Assembly: GCA_963812155.1 (NCBI GenBank)
Contig: CAWETW010000003.1
Coordinates: 1,088,001 to 1,152,000, forward strand
Direction: 5' to 3'
From: Vulcanimicrobiota bacterium
GTDB lineage: Bacteria > Vulcanimicrobiota > Vulcanimicrobiia > Vulcanimicrobiales > Vulcanimicrobiaceae
Length of the DNA stretch: 64,000 nucleotides
The first letter of the stretch is position 1. Each line of letters begins with the position of its first letter. Position numbers and translations under genes: made by a program. The notes beneath the pieces are model-generated. The model was given only the letters and a program-made list of their open reading frames with translations, searched no databases and was not told the DNA's origin. Below, piece after piece: positions 49,161 to 59,328 of the stretch.

Positions 49161-50804
49161 CCGTGGTGCTGACGGCGGGGGCGGTTGCGGGCGACGAGCG
49201 GGTTCGGGGGCGGCGGCTTGTTGCATGATGACGGCTTGCGGTGCGCCGATGGCGATGCCGTTGCGGCGGAACGCCTCGCCCACGCGCAAGTTGACTTCCC
49301 GCGCGAGCGGCGCGCGTTCGGACGGAATGGTTTTAATCCATGCGCGCAGGACGACGCCGGCATAGGAAACGGAATCCACGCCGAGCACCCGCGGAGGTTC
49401 GATGATGTCCTTGCTCCAGGCCGGGTCGGCCGCAAGTCTGTCGAGCGCGTCCTGCAGCACGGCGGTCGCGCGCTCGACGTTTGCGGACGCGGCCACGGAG
49501 ACGCGAAAATCTACGCGCGCCCAACTGCGCGTGGAGTTTTCGACGGTGGTGATGGTGCTATTCGGAATCGTCACGAGCCGTCCGTCGTCGGCGCGAAGGC
49601 GCGTGATTCGCAGCGTGAGATCCTCGACGGTCCCGGTGACGCCGCCGATCGTCACCATGTCTCCGATCGCGAACTGGTCTTCTGCGAGAATCAGGAACCC
49701 GTTGAGATAATCTTTGATAAGACTTTGGGTCGCGAACGAAAATGCGAATGCAACGACGGCGCCGATCGTCAAGAGCGACACCGTCGAGACGGAGAGAATC
49801 GCAAACGTCCAGACGATTGCAATCGCCCAGAGGACGATCGACTTGAGGTTATCGGCAGAGCGAATGAGCGTCGGACTGCGCAGTTTGATGCGGGCGCGCT
49901 GATCGGCGGTGAGCATGATGTTGGAGCGCCACGCGTCGGTGGCGCGTATGATGAAGGCGCCGATCAGGCGGTCGAGCACGGCAATGATGCCCCAAAGCAG
50001 GACGACTTGGAACGCGCGACCGGAAAGCTGGTTGGCGTAGGCGCGCGTCACGGGGAATATCGTCAGAAGCCAGTAAACCGTGACCGCCCAGATGGCGAGT
50101 GCGGCCAAGCCGAGCGCCCACAGGATGCCGGCGTAGACTGCGCGGCGCGTGTCCGAGTCGAGCGCACGGCCGGTCTTGCGCAATCGCCTGCGTAGCCACA
50201 CGATTGCAATCGTCGCCAGCGCGACGCCGACCAGTACCCAGGGCAGTTTGCGCAACTGATCGCGCACGTAGCCCGGCTCGGAGGCAACGATTGCGCGAGC
50301 GAGAGTGCTCTGCAACGTCGTTGCCCATTGCTGCGCAAGTTCTTGTTTCGGAACCGCGTTGAACGCTGCATCGGGCGGCGTGACGGTCATGATTGGGAAT
50401 TTGTCGTGCTTGATGCCGTCGGTCGCGTAGAGCACGGGATCCCCGCTATCGTTTCCGATTTCGACTTTAAACGTGTTTGCGTCGAATCGCACACCCTTTG
50501 CGGAGATCGAGGCAGGAGCAATCTGACGCAGATTGGACTCGATGATGTAGACGCGCTGAACGACGTGCGGAACCTCCGCGTTGTCGTTCGACGCCGGTAC
50601 CGCGACCGTGAAGAGGCGCTGTCCTTGGAACGTTACCGGCGCGGTGTCGAAGTTATTGATGCGCTTGACGGCGACGCCGTACGGCGCGGCGGTAGTCTGC
50701 GCCGAGGAAATCGGCAGCGAGAACCCTTGCGCCTGTGCCGCGAGCGGAAGCGCGACGAGCGCGGCGAGCTCGAGAATCGTCGCAGCGGCAAAGATGCGAA
50801 TCAA
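49149..50804 (-). CDS. MscS family mechanosensitive channel with an N-terminal extracytoplasmic domain
   Basis: FATQSLIKDYLNGFLILAEDQFAIGD.V, G.VE.LTLR.T.LR..DG....IPN. Confidence 0.9.
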   Translation of the reverse strand: MIRIFAAATILELAALVALPLAAQAQGFSLPISSAQTTAAPYGVAVKRINNFDTAPVTFQGQRLFTVAVPASNDNAEVPHVVQRVYIIESNLRQIAPASISAKGVRFDANTFKVEIGNDSGDPVLYATDGIKHDKFPIMTVTPPDAAFNAVPKQELAQQWATTLQSTLARAIVASEPGYVRDQLRKLPWVLVGVALATIAIVWLRRRLRKTGRALDSDTRRAVYAGILWALGLAALAIWAVTVYWLLTIFPVTRAYANQLSGRAFQVVLLWGIIAVLDRLIGAFIIRATDAWRSNIMLTADQRARIKLRSPTLIRSADNLKSIVLWAIAIVWTFAILSVSTVSLLTIGAVVAFAFSFATQSLIKDYLNGFLILAEDQFAIGDMVTIGGVTGTVEDLTLRITRLRADDGRLVTIPNSTITTVENSTRSWARVDFRVSVAASANVERATAVLQDALDRLAADPAWSKDIIEPPRVLGVDSVSYAGVVLRAWIKTIPSERAPLAREVNLRVGEAFRRNGIAIGAPQAVIMQQAAAPEPARRPQPPPPSAPRASS

Positions 50805-50809
50805 AGACG

Positions 50810-51785
50810 TTACTGGCTGACGACCGCGCCGAACGGCAGCGAGATCTCGGTGCCGAAATGGTTGACGAGCGTCCCGTCGGAGAGGGTGTAGATGCGCACG
50901 ACGTTTCCGAGGTGGTCGGGGACGATGACGCGATCGGCACGGCGAGAGAATGCGTACGTCTGCTGCGTTCCGGTGAAGGCCAACGAACCGACGACGGTTG
51001 CCGACGAGCCGGAAATGAAGAGCTTATACGCGCCGGGCGCACCTTTGCTCTCGAAGTCTCCATCGCCGACCATCAGCGTCGGTTTGATCCAATTGATGGC
51101 GCCGGGCACGTTGAGCGTTCCGCCGTTGATCGTCAACGGCATGAGTTCGTTTGCACCTTTGGCGAGTTTGAAAAGTCCGGGGCTGCGATCGTGGCTGGTG
51201 CCATCGACGAAGAGGTTGCTTTTGTCGTCGTAAGCGAGGAAATCGACTTCGCCGAAGCCGTTCGCCGGTTGGTAGGACTCGCCTTGGTGTGCGCCTTTCG
51301 CATACACGGTCACATTTCCGTCGAGCGAATGTTTGTTGCCCGGTTGCTGATTGGCGACGGCAATGTTGCCGGTGCGCGAATCGATCGCGCAGTCGTAAGG
51401 GATGTCCGGCACGTTCGGAGATGGTGAAGATCGGCGCGGTTCCACCGTGCGCGAACTCCTTGATTTTTCGCGTATCGTAATCGGGAACCCAGACGTTGCC
51501 CGTACTGTCGGCGCACATGCCGGTCGGAAACGAAAAGCCGGTCAGTTGGCCGACTAAAACGAGGCCGTTACCATCGAGGTAGGTATAGATCGTGACGTCT
51601 GAAGTTCCGGCGTTGGAGACGTACAGCAGGCTGGTGTTCTTCGCGTTCGCGAGCATCCAGGATTGGCCGTGAGCGGTGCGCGCCGCCGGGAGACTCGTGG
51701 TGGAGGCGGGCGTCGTTGCGCCTGCGCAGGCAGTAAGCATGGCGATTCCGAGCAGCGGCAGAATGAATTTCAAACGATTCGGCAT
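50810..51785 (-). CDS. Beta-propeller lipoprotein, SWM..LLYVSN family copy 2 (frameshift ~51405)
   Basis: Lipobox LTAC; N-terminal half in ORF 51024..51893, C-terminal half in ORF 50810..51445, ending PFGAVVSQ like copies 1 and 3. Confidence 0.78.
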
Positions 51786-51896
51786 TGGAACGCTCCTTCG
51801 CGGGGACGAGCGAATGATACATTCGCCAGGAGGCGCCGGAGGGCTTCTTTCCGATTTCGACCAAGGGCAGTGGTTGAAAGGCAGCAATTGCACGAC

Positions 51897-52766
51897 ATGA
51901 ACAGACTTGCGGGCGAAACCTTCACCATGGCCGCGGACCTAACGGTGACCCGCATGGGATACGGCGCGATGCAGCTAGCCGGTCCGCACGTCTTTGGGCC
52001 GCCGCGCGACCGCAATGCGGCGCTGGCGGTTCTGCGAGAGGCGATCGAACTCGGGATCAACCACATCGATACGAGCGACTATTACGGCCCGCATTACACC
52101 AACGAAATCATCAAGGAAGCGCTGCGCCCCTATCCCAACGATCTGCGAATCGTCACCAAAGTAGGGGCGCGCCGCGATGCGCAGGGCGGCTGGCCGCAGG
52201 CATTGTCTCCGCAAGAGTTGCGTCAAGCCGTCCACGACAACCTCAAGAATCTCGGACTCGACGCGCTCGATGTGGTGAACCTTCGAGTCGGCGGATTCTC
52301 TGCCCCCGAGCCGGGCTCAATCGCCGAACCGTTCGGCATGCTTGCGCAACTTCAACAAGAAGGCTTGATCCGGCATCTCGGCGTGAGTACGGTCACACCG
52401 GAGCAGATCGCGGAGGCTCAATCGATCGCGCCGATCGTTTGCGTGCAAAACCTCTACAATATCGCGCAGCGAAACGACGAAGCGTTGATCGACAGCCTCG
52501 CGGCGCAGGGAATTGCCTACGTTCCGTACTTTCCGCTCGGCGGCTTCACGCCGCTGCAATCGGATACGCTGAACTCGGTCGCCAAGCGCCTGGGTGCGAC
52601 GCCGATGGGCGTTGCGCTCGCGTGGCTGCTCCAGCGCGCGCCGAACATTCTGCTCATTCCGGGGACGTCGTCGGTCGAGCATTTGCGTGAGAACGTGGCG
52701 GCTGCCGCACTCGTCTTGCCGGACGACGCATTAGCCGAACTCGACGCCATCGCGCCCCCGGACTGA
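51897..52766 (+). CDS. Aldo/keto reductase
   Basis: RMGYGAMQL, HIDTSDYYG, IVTKVG, IRHLGVS, LIPGTSSVEHLREN. Confidence 0.92.
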   Translation: MNRLAGETFTMAADLTVTRMGYGAMQLAGPHVFGPPRDRNAALAVLREAIELGINHIDTSDYYGPHYTNEIIKEALRPYPNDLRIVTKVGARRDAQGGWPQALSPQELRQAVHDNLKNLGLDALDVVNLRVGGFSAPEPGSIAEPFGMLAQLQQEGLIRHLGVSTVTPEQIAEAQSIAPIVCVQNLYNIAQRNDEALIDSLAAQGIAYVPYFPLGGFTPLQSDTLNSVAKRLGATPMGVALAWLLQRAPNILLIPGTSSVEHLRENVAAAALVLPDDALAELDAIAPPD

Positions 52767-52808
52767 GGTCCAAGCCGCCAGCCGGCGATTTTCAGTGAAG
52801 CGGGGCTG

Positions 52809-52838
52809 TTGACATACGAACATATGTTCGTATATGCT
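52809..52838 (+). promoter_or_regulatory. Sigma70 promoter with a LexA (GAAC-N4-GTTC) SOS box in the spacer
   Basis: TTGACA at 52809, CGAACATATGTTCG at 52817-52830 inside a perfect 20-bp palindrome (52814-52833), TATGCT at 52833. Confidence 0.88.
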
Positions 52839-52847
52839 GGTTCTCCC

Positions 52848-53549
52848 ATGGCGCCGCTTGCCGTCGCACGATCCTTAGAATGGACGAACCCCGAGGGGGG
52901 ACGGCGCGAAGCCTTTGCGGCCTTAAAATCCGCGATCGGCGCGGAGTCGATTGCCGCCCCCCGTCAACTTCCGCCCGACGCCGTGATTCCGACTGCCATT
53001 CCGGAACTCGACCGGGCGTTGGGCGGCGGCCTTCCGCGCGGCGCGCTCGTAGCGTTTGAGGGAAACACCGGACGCTGGAGCATCGCCGCGCGACTGGCTG
53101 CGCAGGTGACGCAGCGGGCGCTGGTGGCGATCGTCGACGACGGTGCGCTCTATCCTCCGAGCTTGGTGCGCGCGGGAGTGCGGCTCGACCGCGTGCTTAT
53201 CGCGCCGGCCGCTACGCCGCGGGCAACGGCACGCGCGGTCGACATCGTGTTGCGAACGCGCGCCTGCCGGCTGGTGCTGGTGGCGGCACCGGAACTCCGC
53301 GCGGCAGTGTGGATGCGATTGGCGCGCCTTGCGCAGCGCGCCGGCGTGTTGCTCGTCGCAATCGCTCGCCGCGCGAGTGTCGCGCTGGCGGCGGCAACTG
53401 CATTACGTTTGGAATGTACGCTCGTACGGCCGCTCATCGACGGCGCACGCGGTCTGTGGTGCACGCTCGCCGGTTACGATGTGGAAGTGCAAGTGCGCAA
53501 ATATCACGGCCGTGCGGCCCACGAGCACATTCATGTTGCTGTGCGTTAG
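52848..53549 (+). CDS. imuA: ImuA / RecA-like protein
   Basis: IPT.IPELDRALGGGLPRGALV, YPPSL..AGV.LDRVLI; degenerate Walker A; SOS box upstream. Confidence 0.85.
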   Translation: MAPLAVARSLEWTNPEGGRREAFAALKSAIGAESIAAPRQLPPDAVIPTAIPELDRALGGGLPRGALVAFEGNTGRWSIAARLAAQVTQRALVAIVDDGALYPPSLVRAGVRLDRVLIAPAATPRATARAVDIVLRTRACRLVLVAAPELRAAVWMRLARLAQRAGVLLVAIARRASVALAAATALRLECTLVRPLIDGARGLWCTLAGYDVEVQVRKYHGRAAHEHIHVAVR

Positions 53550-54798
53550 CGGCAGTTCGACGTCGCCGGCGGCATGGGAAGAGTTGCTCGATGCGCTCGA
53601 TGCCGTGTCGCCGCTGGTCGACGACGTGCGCCCCGGATTGGCATTTCTCGACATGCGCGGCGTCGCCGGAACGCCGGCACAATGGATGGCGCAGGCGCGG
53701 GGAATTGCCGAGCGCTTTGGATTGTCGCTGCGTTTGGGCGCCGGAACGAATAAAATCGTCGCGCGCGCGGCTGCGTCGCGGGCTGACGGCAGTGCGTGCG
53801 CTCCCGGCGACGAGCGCGCGCTGCTGGCGCCGCTCGAGTTGTCGCTGCTCGACGTCGATTCCGACGTGGTCGAACGCTTGCGGTTGTTGGGCGTCGCGCG
53901 GCTGGGCGATCTCGCGCGGCTGCCGCACGGCCCGTTCGTGCGGAGGTTCGGGCCCCAAGCGGCGCGTTGGCACGAGCTCGCCAACGGCATCGACCGCACG
54001 CCGTTCGTTCCGCGGGCGCAAGCTGCCGTTATCGAAGCGTCGGTGTTCGGCGAAGGCCGTGCCGAAGACGAAGCCCAGGTGATATTCGCGTTGCGCGTGC
54101 TGCTGATGCGCATCGCCGCCGACCTCGAACGTTGCGGAAAACGTGCCGGCGCGCTGAGCCTCGACGTGGAGCTGGACGACGCACAGACGCAACGTTTCGA
54201 AGTGCCGTTAGCGTCGCCGACCGCGCAAGAGCGGGCGATGCTCGACGTCGTACGCGCGAAACTGGAGGGTGTAACGTTTTTGGCGCCAATCGTTGGGTTG
54301 CGCGTGCGTGCGGCGGAGTTAGAAGAAGGCGGCGAAGCGCTGGGTTTGCTGACCGGCGACGATTTCGACCCCCAGGCCGTGGCGGTGACGATTGCGCGAA
54401 TCGAAGCTGCGCTGGGTGAAGCGGTGCGCCGCGCGCGCGTGCGTCCGGCGCACGTGTTGGAGGAGCGCTTCGCGTACGAACCGTTTGCCGTGCCGAAGCG
54501 CGCGCTCTTGCGCAACGACGATGCCGCGGTCGGCGTTGAAAGCGAGGTCGTGCCGCAACTGCGGTTGCTGGCAGTTACCGAGATTCCGGTGCGCGTGCGT
54601 CGCGGCGAGCCGGCATTCGTCGGCGATCCACCGCAAGCGGTGCGAGCGTGTGCCGGCCCGTGGCGTGTGGAGATGGAAGGCTGGCCGGGCACGAATGCCG
54701 TCGCGCGCGACGAGTACGACGTTCAACTCGCCGACGGCTCTCTCTACCGCATTTACCGGCAGGGAGCGCAGTGGTACGTTCGCGGAGAGTACGATTGA
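53533..54798 (+). CDS. imuB: ImuB, inactive Y-family polymerase
   Basis: SPLVD...PGLAFLD, NKIVARAA, LRLLGV.RLGDLA.LP and C-terminal GPWR...W......RDEYDV.L..G..YRIY......W...G.YD. Confidence 0.87.
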   Translation: MLLCVSGSSTSPAAWEELLDALDAVSPLVDDVRPGLAFLDMRGVAGTPAQWMAQARGIAERFGLSLRLGAGTNKIVARAAASRADGSACAPGDERALLAPLELSLLDVDSDVVERLRLLGVARLGDLARLPHGPFVRRFGPQAARWHELANGIDRTPFVPRAQAAVIEASVFGEGRAEDEAQVIFALRVLLMRIAADLERCGKRAGALSLDVELDDAQTQRFEVPLASPTAQERAMLDVVRAKLEGVTFLAPIVGLRVRAAELEEGGEALGLLTGDDFDPQAVAVTIARIEAALGEAVRRARVRPAHVLEERFAYEPFAVPKRALLRNDDAAVGVESEVVPQLRLLAVTEIPVRVRRGEPAFVGDPPQAVRACAGPWRVEMEGWPGTNAVARDEYDVQLADGSLYRIYRQGAQWYVRGEYD

Positions 54799-54867
54799 GC
54801 CGGCTGATTCAAAAACACAATCGCTTGCACGAGAAACATCGCCGTCAACAGAAAGTACTACGTACCC

Positions 54868-55836
54868 GTGAAGGCTGCGGTTCGTTCGAAGTATGGCCTA
54901 GGCGAAGTTCTGAGCGTTCGAGAGATCGAAAAGCCGGTGCCGAAGGAGCATGAGCTCTTGATACGAGTTCATGCTGCCACGGTAAACAGAACCGATTGTC
55001 ACGTCCTCTCGGGCAAGCCGTTCCCTATGAGGTTGTTTACCGGGCTATTCAAACCGAGATCGGCCGTTATTGGAACCGATTTTGCCGGACAAGTGGAAGC
55101 GGTGGGATCGACCGTGCAGTCCTTTCATGTCGGGGATCGGGTCATGGGATTCGGCGGGATATTCGGGGCAGCGTCTCTTGCACAATATTTGGCACTCCCT
55201 GAAGCGAAGGCAATCAAGGGAACCGTAACGATTCCCGACGATCTCGACTATGACATCGCTGCAGCTTGCCCCGAAGGAACGTTTTACGCGGCAAGCGGGC
55301 TTAATCAGTTGAACCCTAAGGCTGGGCAGAAAGCGATGGTCTACGGAGCGACGGGCGCGATCGGCTCGGCCTACGTACAGTTGTTGAAATACTTCGGGGT
55401 TTACGTTACGGCCGTTTGTAGAGGCGAGAACGCTGCGCTCATACAGTCTTTGGGTGCAGATAGAGTTATCGACTATGAGAAAGAGGATTTCACAAAGGAT
55501 GACGATCGCTACGACTTTGTCTTTGACGCGATAGGGAAGAGCAGTTTCCTCAAATGCAAAGACCTCTTAAAAAGAGACGGGTTATATACATCGTCGGGCG
55601 GAGCGGAAAATGCGTTCTTCGCACTGGTTACGCCGTTGCTGGGTGGAAAACGAGTCCCGTTCATCCCGCCGAAGAACGTCGCTTCTACTTTAAGATTTAT
55701 TCTGGACTTGATCGAACGAGGGCACTTTAAGCCCTTGATAGACAGAAAGTACGCTTTGGACGACATAGCGGAAGCTTTCACCTACGTAGCATCCGGGCAG
55801 AAGCTCGGCAACGTGATCGTCACGATGGATTCTTGA
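54868..55836 (+). CDS. NAD(P)-dependent alcohol dehydrogenase / quinone reductase (MDR family)
   Basis: VHAATVNRTD, GTDFAG.VE.VG, YGATGAIGS, GQKLGNV; lower GC than its neighbours. Confidence 0.9.
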   Translation: MKAAVRSKYGLGEVLSVREIEKPVPKEHELLIRVHAATVNRTDCHVLSGKPFPMRLFTGLFKPRSAVIGTDFAGQVEAVGSTVQSFHVGDRVMGFGGIFGAASLAQYLALPEAKAIKGTVTIPDDLDYDIAAACPEGTFYAASGLNQLNPKAGQKAMVYGATGAIGSAYVQLLKYFGVYVTAVCRGENAALIQSLGADRVIDYEKEDFTKDDDRYDFVFDAIGKSSFLKCKDLLKRDGLYTSSGGAENAFFALVTPLLGGKRVPFIPPKNVASTLRFILDLIERGHFKPLIDRKYALDDIAEAFTYVASGQKLGNVIVTMDS

Positions 55837-55884
55837 AGAAATATTCCGGTCGATTCCAAATTTAGCAATCGTCGGCGATCGGCC

Positions 55885-55977
55885 GGCTCCAGCACCGGAT
55901 TGGTCGACCCGTACGACATTGCCGTAGACGCCGGCGGGAAGACCAACGGAAATGTCTATGGCATTGCGGTCCGCTAG
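55885..55977 (+). pseudogene. Small relic of an NHL-repeat gene
   Basis: My translation GSSTGLVDPYDIAVDAGGKTNGNVYGIAVR* matches the repeat and the IAVR* terminus of the 2043 gene. Confidence 0.55.
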
Positions 55978-56050
55978 GCTCGGGCCAGCAGACCCCGCGT
56001 GACGCCTAATGATCGGCGGGACCCTCGGCGCCCAGGGTGCGTCGGCCAGT

Positions 56051-56767
56051 CTACCAGTGGCCTGCGCTTTGACCGCCATCTACATGGGAAATGTCCCCAG
56101 TTACGTATGGAGCGTTCTCCAGATACATCACGGCAGAGACGACGTCTTGGATCTCTCCAATTCGCCCAAGCGGAATCTGCGATTCGAGTCCCGCGTACGA
56201 TGCCTCCGGGTGCGTTCTGATGATTATAGGCGAGACCGCGTTTACCCGGATGCCACACGATGCATATTCGATCGCGAGGGCTTTTGTCACTGAGTTCAGG
56301 CCGCCCTTAGCCAACGATGCTAACGCCGCCGGAACGCCTTTGACAGGTTGTTCGGCTACCGTCGCCGTGATGTTGACGATATGACCCCGACCTTGGGGTT
56401 CCATCACACGCAGCGCCCGCTGCGTGATGTGGAAAAAGCCGCCGAGGTTCGTTGAGAGCATCAAGTCATAGTCCGCCAGAGTATACTGTGTGAATGGCTT
56501 AGAAATGTAGGCTCCTGCATTATTGACGAGTGTATCGAGCCGTCCGAAGCGATCAACGGCCTCGCTCATGATGCGTTCGGCGGTTTCAGGGTTGCTGATG
56601 TCGCCGGCAACGCTCAACACACTCGCGTCGGCGTTGTGATCGATCGAGAGTGCGCTGGCGACCACCTTGAACCCCGCATCACGGTATGCGGCGACTAGGC
56701 CCGCGCCGATACCATGCGAGGCCCCAGTAATTATCGCAACCTTTTCATCGATCACGCCAGCAGCCAT
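56051..56767 (-). CDS. SDR family oxidoreductase
   Basis: TGASHGIG, LVNNAG, SLAKGG, IRVNAVSP, HVDGG. Confidence 0.9.
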   Translation of the reverse strand: MAAGVIDEKVAIITGASHGIGAGLVAAYRDAGFKVVASALSIDHNADASVLSVAGDISNPETAERIMSEAVDRFGRLDTLVNNAGAYISKPFTQYTLADYDLMLSTNLGGFFHITQRALRVMEPQGRGHIVNITATVAEQPVKGVPAALASLAKGGLNSVTKALAIEYASCGIRVNAVSPIIIRTHPEASYAGLESQIPLGRIGEIQDVVSAVMYLENAPYVTGDISHVDGGQSAGHW

Positions 56768-56785
56768 CCGGATCGAGCACCAACC

Positions 56786-56944
56786 TCAGTTGACGGTGCT
56801 CTGTCCGACCTCAATGATATAACCGTCAGGATCGCGGATGTAGCAGCGAATCTCGCCGTACCTGGCAATCGGTTCTGTAAGGAACTCGGCTCTCCGGCTT
56901 TTCCATAACTCATAACAAATCCAATTCCGATAAGAAGTGCTCAT
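56786..56944 (-). pseudogene. 5'-truncated VOC/glyoxalase fragment (not in the ORF track)
   Basis: My translation: CYELWKSR.AEFLTEP...YGEIRCYIRDPDGYIIEVGQS; only the C-terminal module is present. Confidence 0.7.
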
Positions 56945-56965
56945 CATCCGCTTAGCGGGAAACGT

Positions 56966-57949
56966 TTAGGGTTGGCTGATGACGGCTGCGAACGGCTTTG
57001 AAACGTTGTCGGTGACCGATCCGTAAAGCGTACCATCGGAAAGCGAATAGACTCGGACGACGTCCCCCGACCAATCGGGGACGACGACCTTATCGGCGCG
57101 GCGCCAAAATCCATACGTGTCGAGCGTATTTGCGAATGGAAGTTTGCCAACGACCGTGGCCACGGACCCCGAAACAAAGAATTTGTACGCAAATAATGTG
57201 TTCTCCTCACGGTCGCCGACTAGCAAAGTCGGATTGATCCATTGAATCGCGCGCGGGCTGTCGAGTTCGCCGCCGTTCACCGTGAGATTTATCAGTTCTT
57301 TGCCGCCGCTGGGAATCTCGACCAAGGGTCCGTTGCCATACCCGTAAGGATCCGTCGGGAGACCGTCAACGAAGAGGTTGCCATGATTGTCGAACGTGAG
57401 AAACTCGACTTGCATGAACCCCATGCCGTATTTCGTCCCGGTGTGCGACCTCGGATGATAAATCTTTACGTTGCCCTGCTCGTAATAGTGGGCGTTGGGG
57501 AACTGATTGGCGACGGCCAGGTCTCCGGTATTTGGATCGACGGCACAAGCGATCGGATCTGAACTCCCAACCTCGTGAATTGTAAAGATCGGTTTCGTGC
57601 CGCCGTGTGCGTACTCGTAGAGCTTGCGCGTTCCTTCGTCGACGAGCCACACGTCGCCGGCGCGGTCGGTGCACATGCCTTTCGGCCGGCTGAACCCGGT
57701 CAGCGTTCCCACGAGAATCAAGCCGGCACCGTCGAAATACGTGTATACGGTAACGCTGGCCGTTCCGTCGTTGGAAACATACAGCAGGCTGGACTGCTTT
57801 TTGGCGCCGGGCGTCATCCACGACGTCGCAGATGGCGATATCGGCCGATCCGCCGAGCCGACGAGTTGCGAACTGCCGCATCCGGCAACGATGGAGACCG
57901 CTGCCGACATGGCCGGCAGCGAAAAATAAAAACGCGCAGGTCGCTTCAT
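56966..57949 (-). CDS. Beta-propeller lipoprotein, SWM..LLYVSN family copy 3
   Basis: AAGGAG RBS, lipobox VAGC; colinear with copies 1 and 2. Confidence 0.82.
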   Translation of the reverse strand: MKRPARFYFSLPAMSAAVSIVAGCGSSQLVGSADRPISPSATSWMTPGAKKQSSLLYVSNDGTASVTVYTYFDGAGLILVGTLTGFSRPKGMCTDRAGDVWLVDEGTRKLYEYAHGGTKPIFTIHEVGSSDPIACAVDPNTGDLAVANQFPNAHYYEQGNVKIYHPRSHTGTKYGMGFMQVEFLTFDNHGNLFVDGLPTDPYGYGNGPLVEIPSGGKELINLTVNGGELDSPRAIQWINPTLLVGDREENTLFAYKFFVSGSVATVVGKLPFANTLDTYGFWRRADKVVVPDWSGDVVRVYSLSDGTLYGSVTDNVSKPFAAVISQP

Positions 57950-58003
57950 GAATGCTCCTTCGACGCCGGAGCGCGAAGTCTATGCCGCTCTTCGCCCTTC
58001 GCT

Positions 58004-58088
58004 CTTCGACTTCGCTCGCTTCGCGCAGAGTGACGCCGAGGGCACTGCGCTTAGAGTGACACAGAGGACACTGTGCTTAGGGTGACAC
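58004..58088 (+). repeat. REP-like element with three 26-bp-period units
   Basis: CTTCGAC..CGCGCAGAGTGACGC / GCGCTTAGAGTGACAC / GTGCTTAGGGTGACAC. Confidence 0.7.
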
Positions 58089-59291
58089 GCGGGCGGGCGT
58101 GAAGCGCTCGGACCAGCGGAAGCGGCCGGTGACCTGCATCACTACGAAGAGGGTTACGATCGCGCCGATGGTGATCGTGAGGCCGCTCCAGCCTTCGTTG
58201 AAAAGTGCGTACGAGAACAGAACGAGATAGACGAGTTGCGCAAAACCGCTCTCGACGGCGGCGAACCGCCAGCCGACGACCAGCCGCAGATACGAGATCG
58301 TCAAGAAGAGCGTGACCGCCGAGCAGATGGCGAACGCCGCCTCGACGGGGATGCGGTCGACGAGATACGCAAAGAGCAGATGGAACGCGAAGAACGAACA
58401 CGCCAAGAAGAAATAGTTCATTGGATGCAGTTCGATGCGACGCAGCGTGACGATCGTGAACATGACGAAGAAGTAGAAGAGCAGCGCAACCGGTGCCCAG
58501 AACGTGATGCGCTGGGCGAGCGGACCCGGCTGCATCGGGTACGGCACGGTCATGCCGATGCCGTTGGACGTCACGAGCGTACCGTAACGCCACCGCAGCA
58601 GCCAGCCTTTACCCTCAGGCCGTTCGCTGGGAGGCAGCAACGTCTGCGGCGGATAGTCGATTGCGGAAAAGTTCGTGGTCATCGTTAAGGCAAAATCGTT
58701 GACCGACTGCACGCCGTCTCCAAAACTGTACGTCCACGATTGCGTGCCGCGCGAAGTGTAGCCGACGGCGATCTCCGTTTGAGCGCCGGGGTTCAAAGCG
58801 AAAGCGAAGGTCCCGCGCGCCAACGCCGTTGCATCTCCGGCTCGGATGCCGCCGATCGTGCAGATGAAATTCGTGTACGTCCCGCCGTTGGAAGGGAAGG
58901 GAAAATGCAGCGTAAGCCGCGACGACGGCGTGTCGTTGCGAATGCGGTAGCGGGCGGCGAAGCGGACGTCGTAAAGATTGTACCAGAGCAGCCCCTTCCG
59001 GCGCTGCGTGAGATCGAGGGCGACGTCGACGCGGCTGGACCGGATTGGGACGACGTCGTCCTGATAACTGCGCTCGACGCGTTTCTTGTCGGTATTGTAG
59101 GTGTCGACGGCGACCCGCGCCGTGACTTGCGGCGCGGCCTGCGTCTGCGCGTCGCCCCACTGCGTCGTGAGTCTCGCGCTCTGCGATTGGTCTGAGGATT
59201 GCGTCCGCTGCACGAGCGTCGCGCCCAGAATCATCCAGGCAATGGCTGCGACCCAGAAAATCACGGCGAGTGCGGCAATGTGTTTGACCAT
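58077..59291 (-). CDS. creD: CreD-like inner membrane protein
   Basis: N-terminal TM, RRKGLLWY periplasmic domain, HPMNYF, FHLLFAYL and six C-terminal TMs. Confidence 0.75.
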   Translation of the reverse strand: MVKHIAALAVIFWVAAIAWMILGATLVQRTQSSDQSQSARLTTQWGDAQTQAAPQVTARVAVDTYNTDKKRVERSYQDDVVPIRSSRVDVALDLTQRRKGLLWYNLYDVRFAARYRIRNDTPSSRLTLHFPFPSNGGTYTNFICTIGGIRAGDATALARGTFAFALNPGAQTEIAVGYTSRGTQSWTYSFGDGVQSVNDFALTMTTNFSAIDYPPQTLLPPSERPEGKGWLLRWRYGTLVTSNGIGMTVPYPMQPGPLAQRITFWAPVALLFYFFVMFTIVTLRRIELHPMNYFFLACSFFAFHLLFAYLVDRIPVEAAFAICSAVTLFLTISYLRLVVGWRFAAVESGFAQLVYLVLFSYALFNEGWSGLTITIGAIVTLFVVMQVTGRFRWSERFTPARVSP

Positions 59292-59328
59292 GCGGCGAAC
59301 CTCACAAAGGATTTGGCGATGTTGAGTA

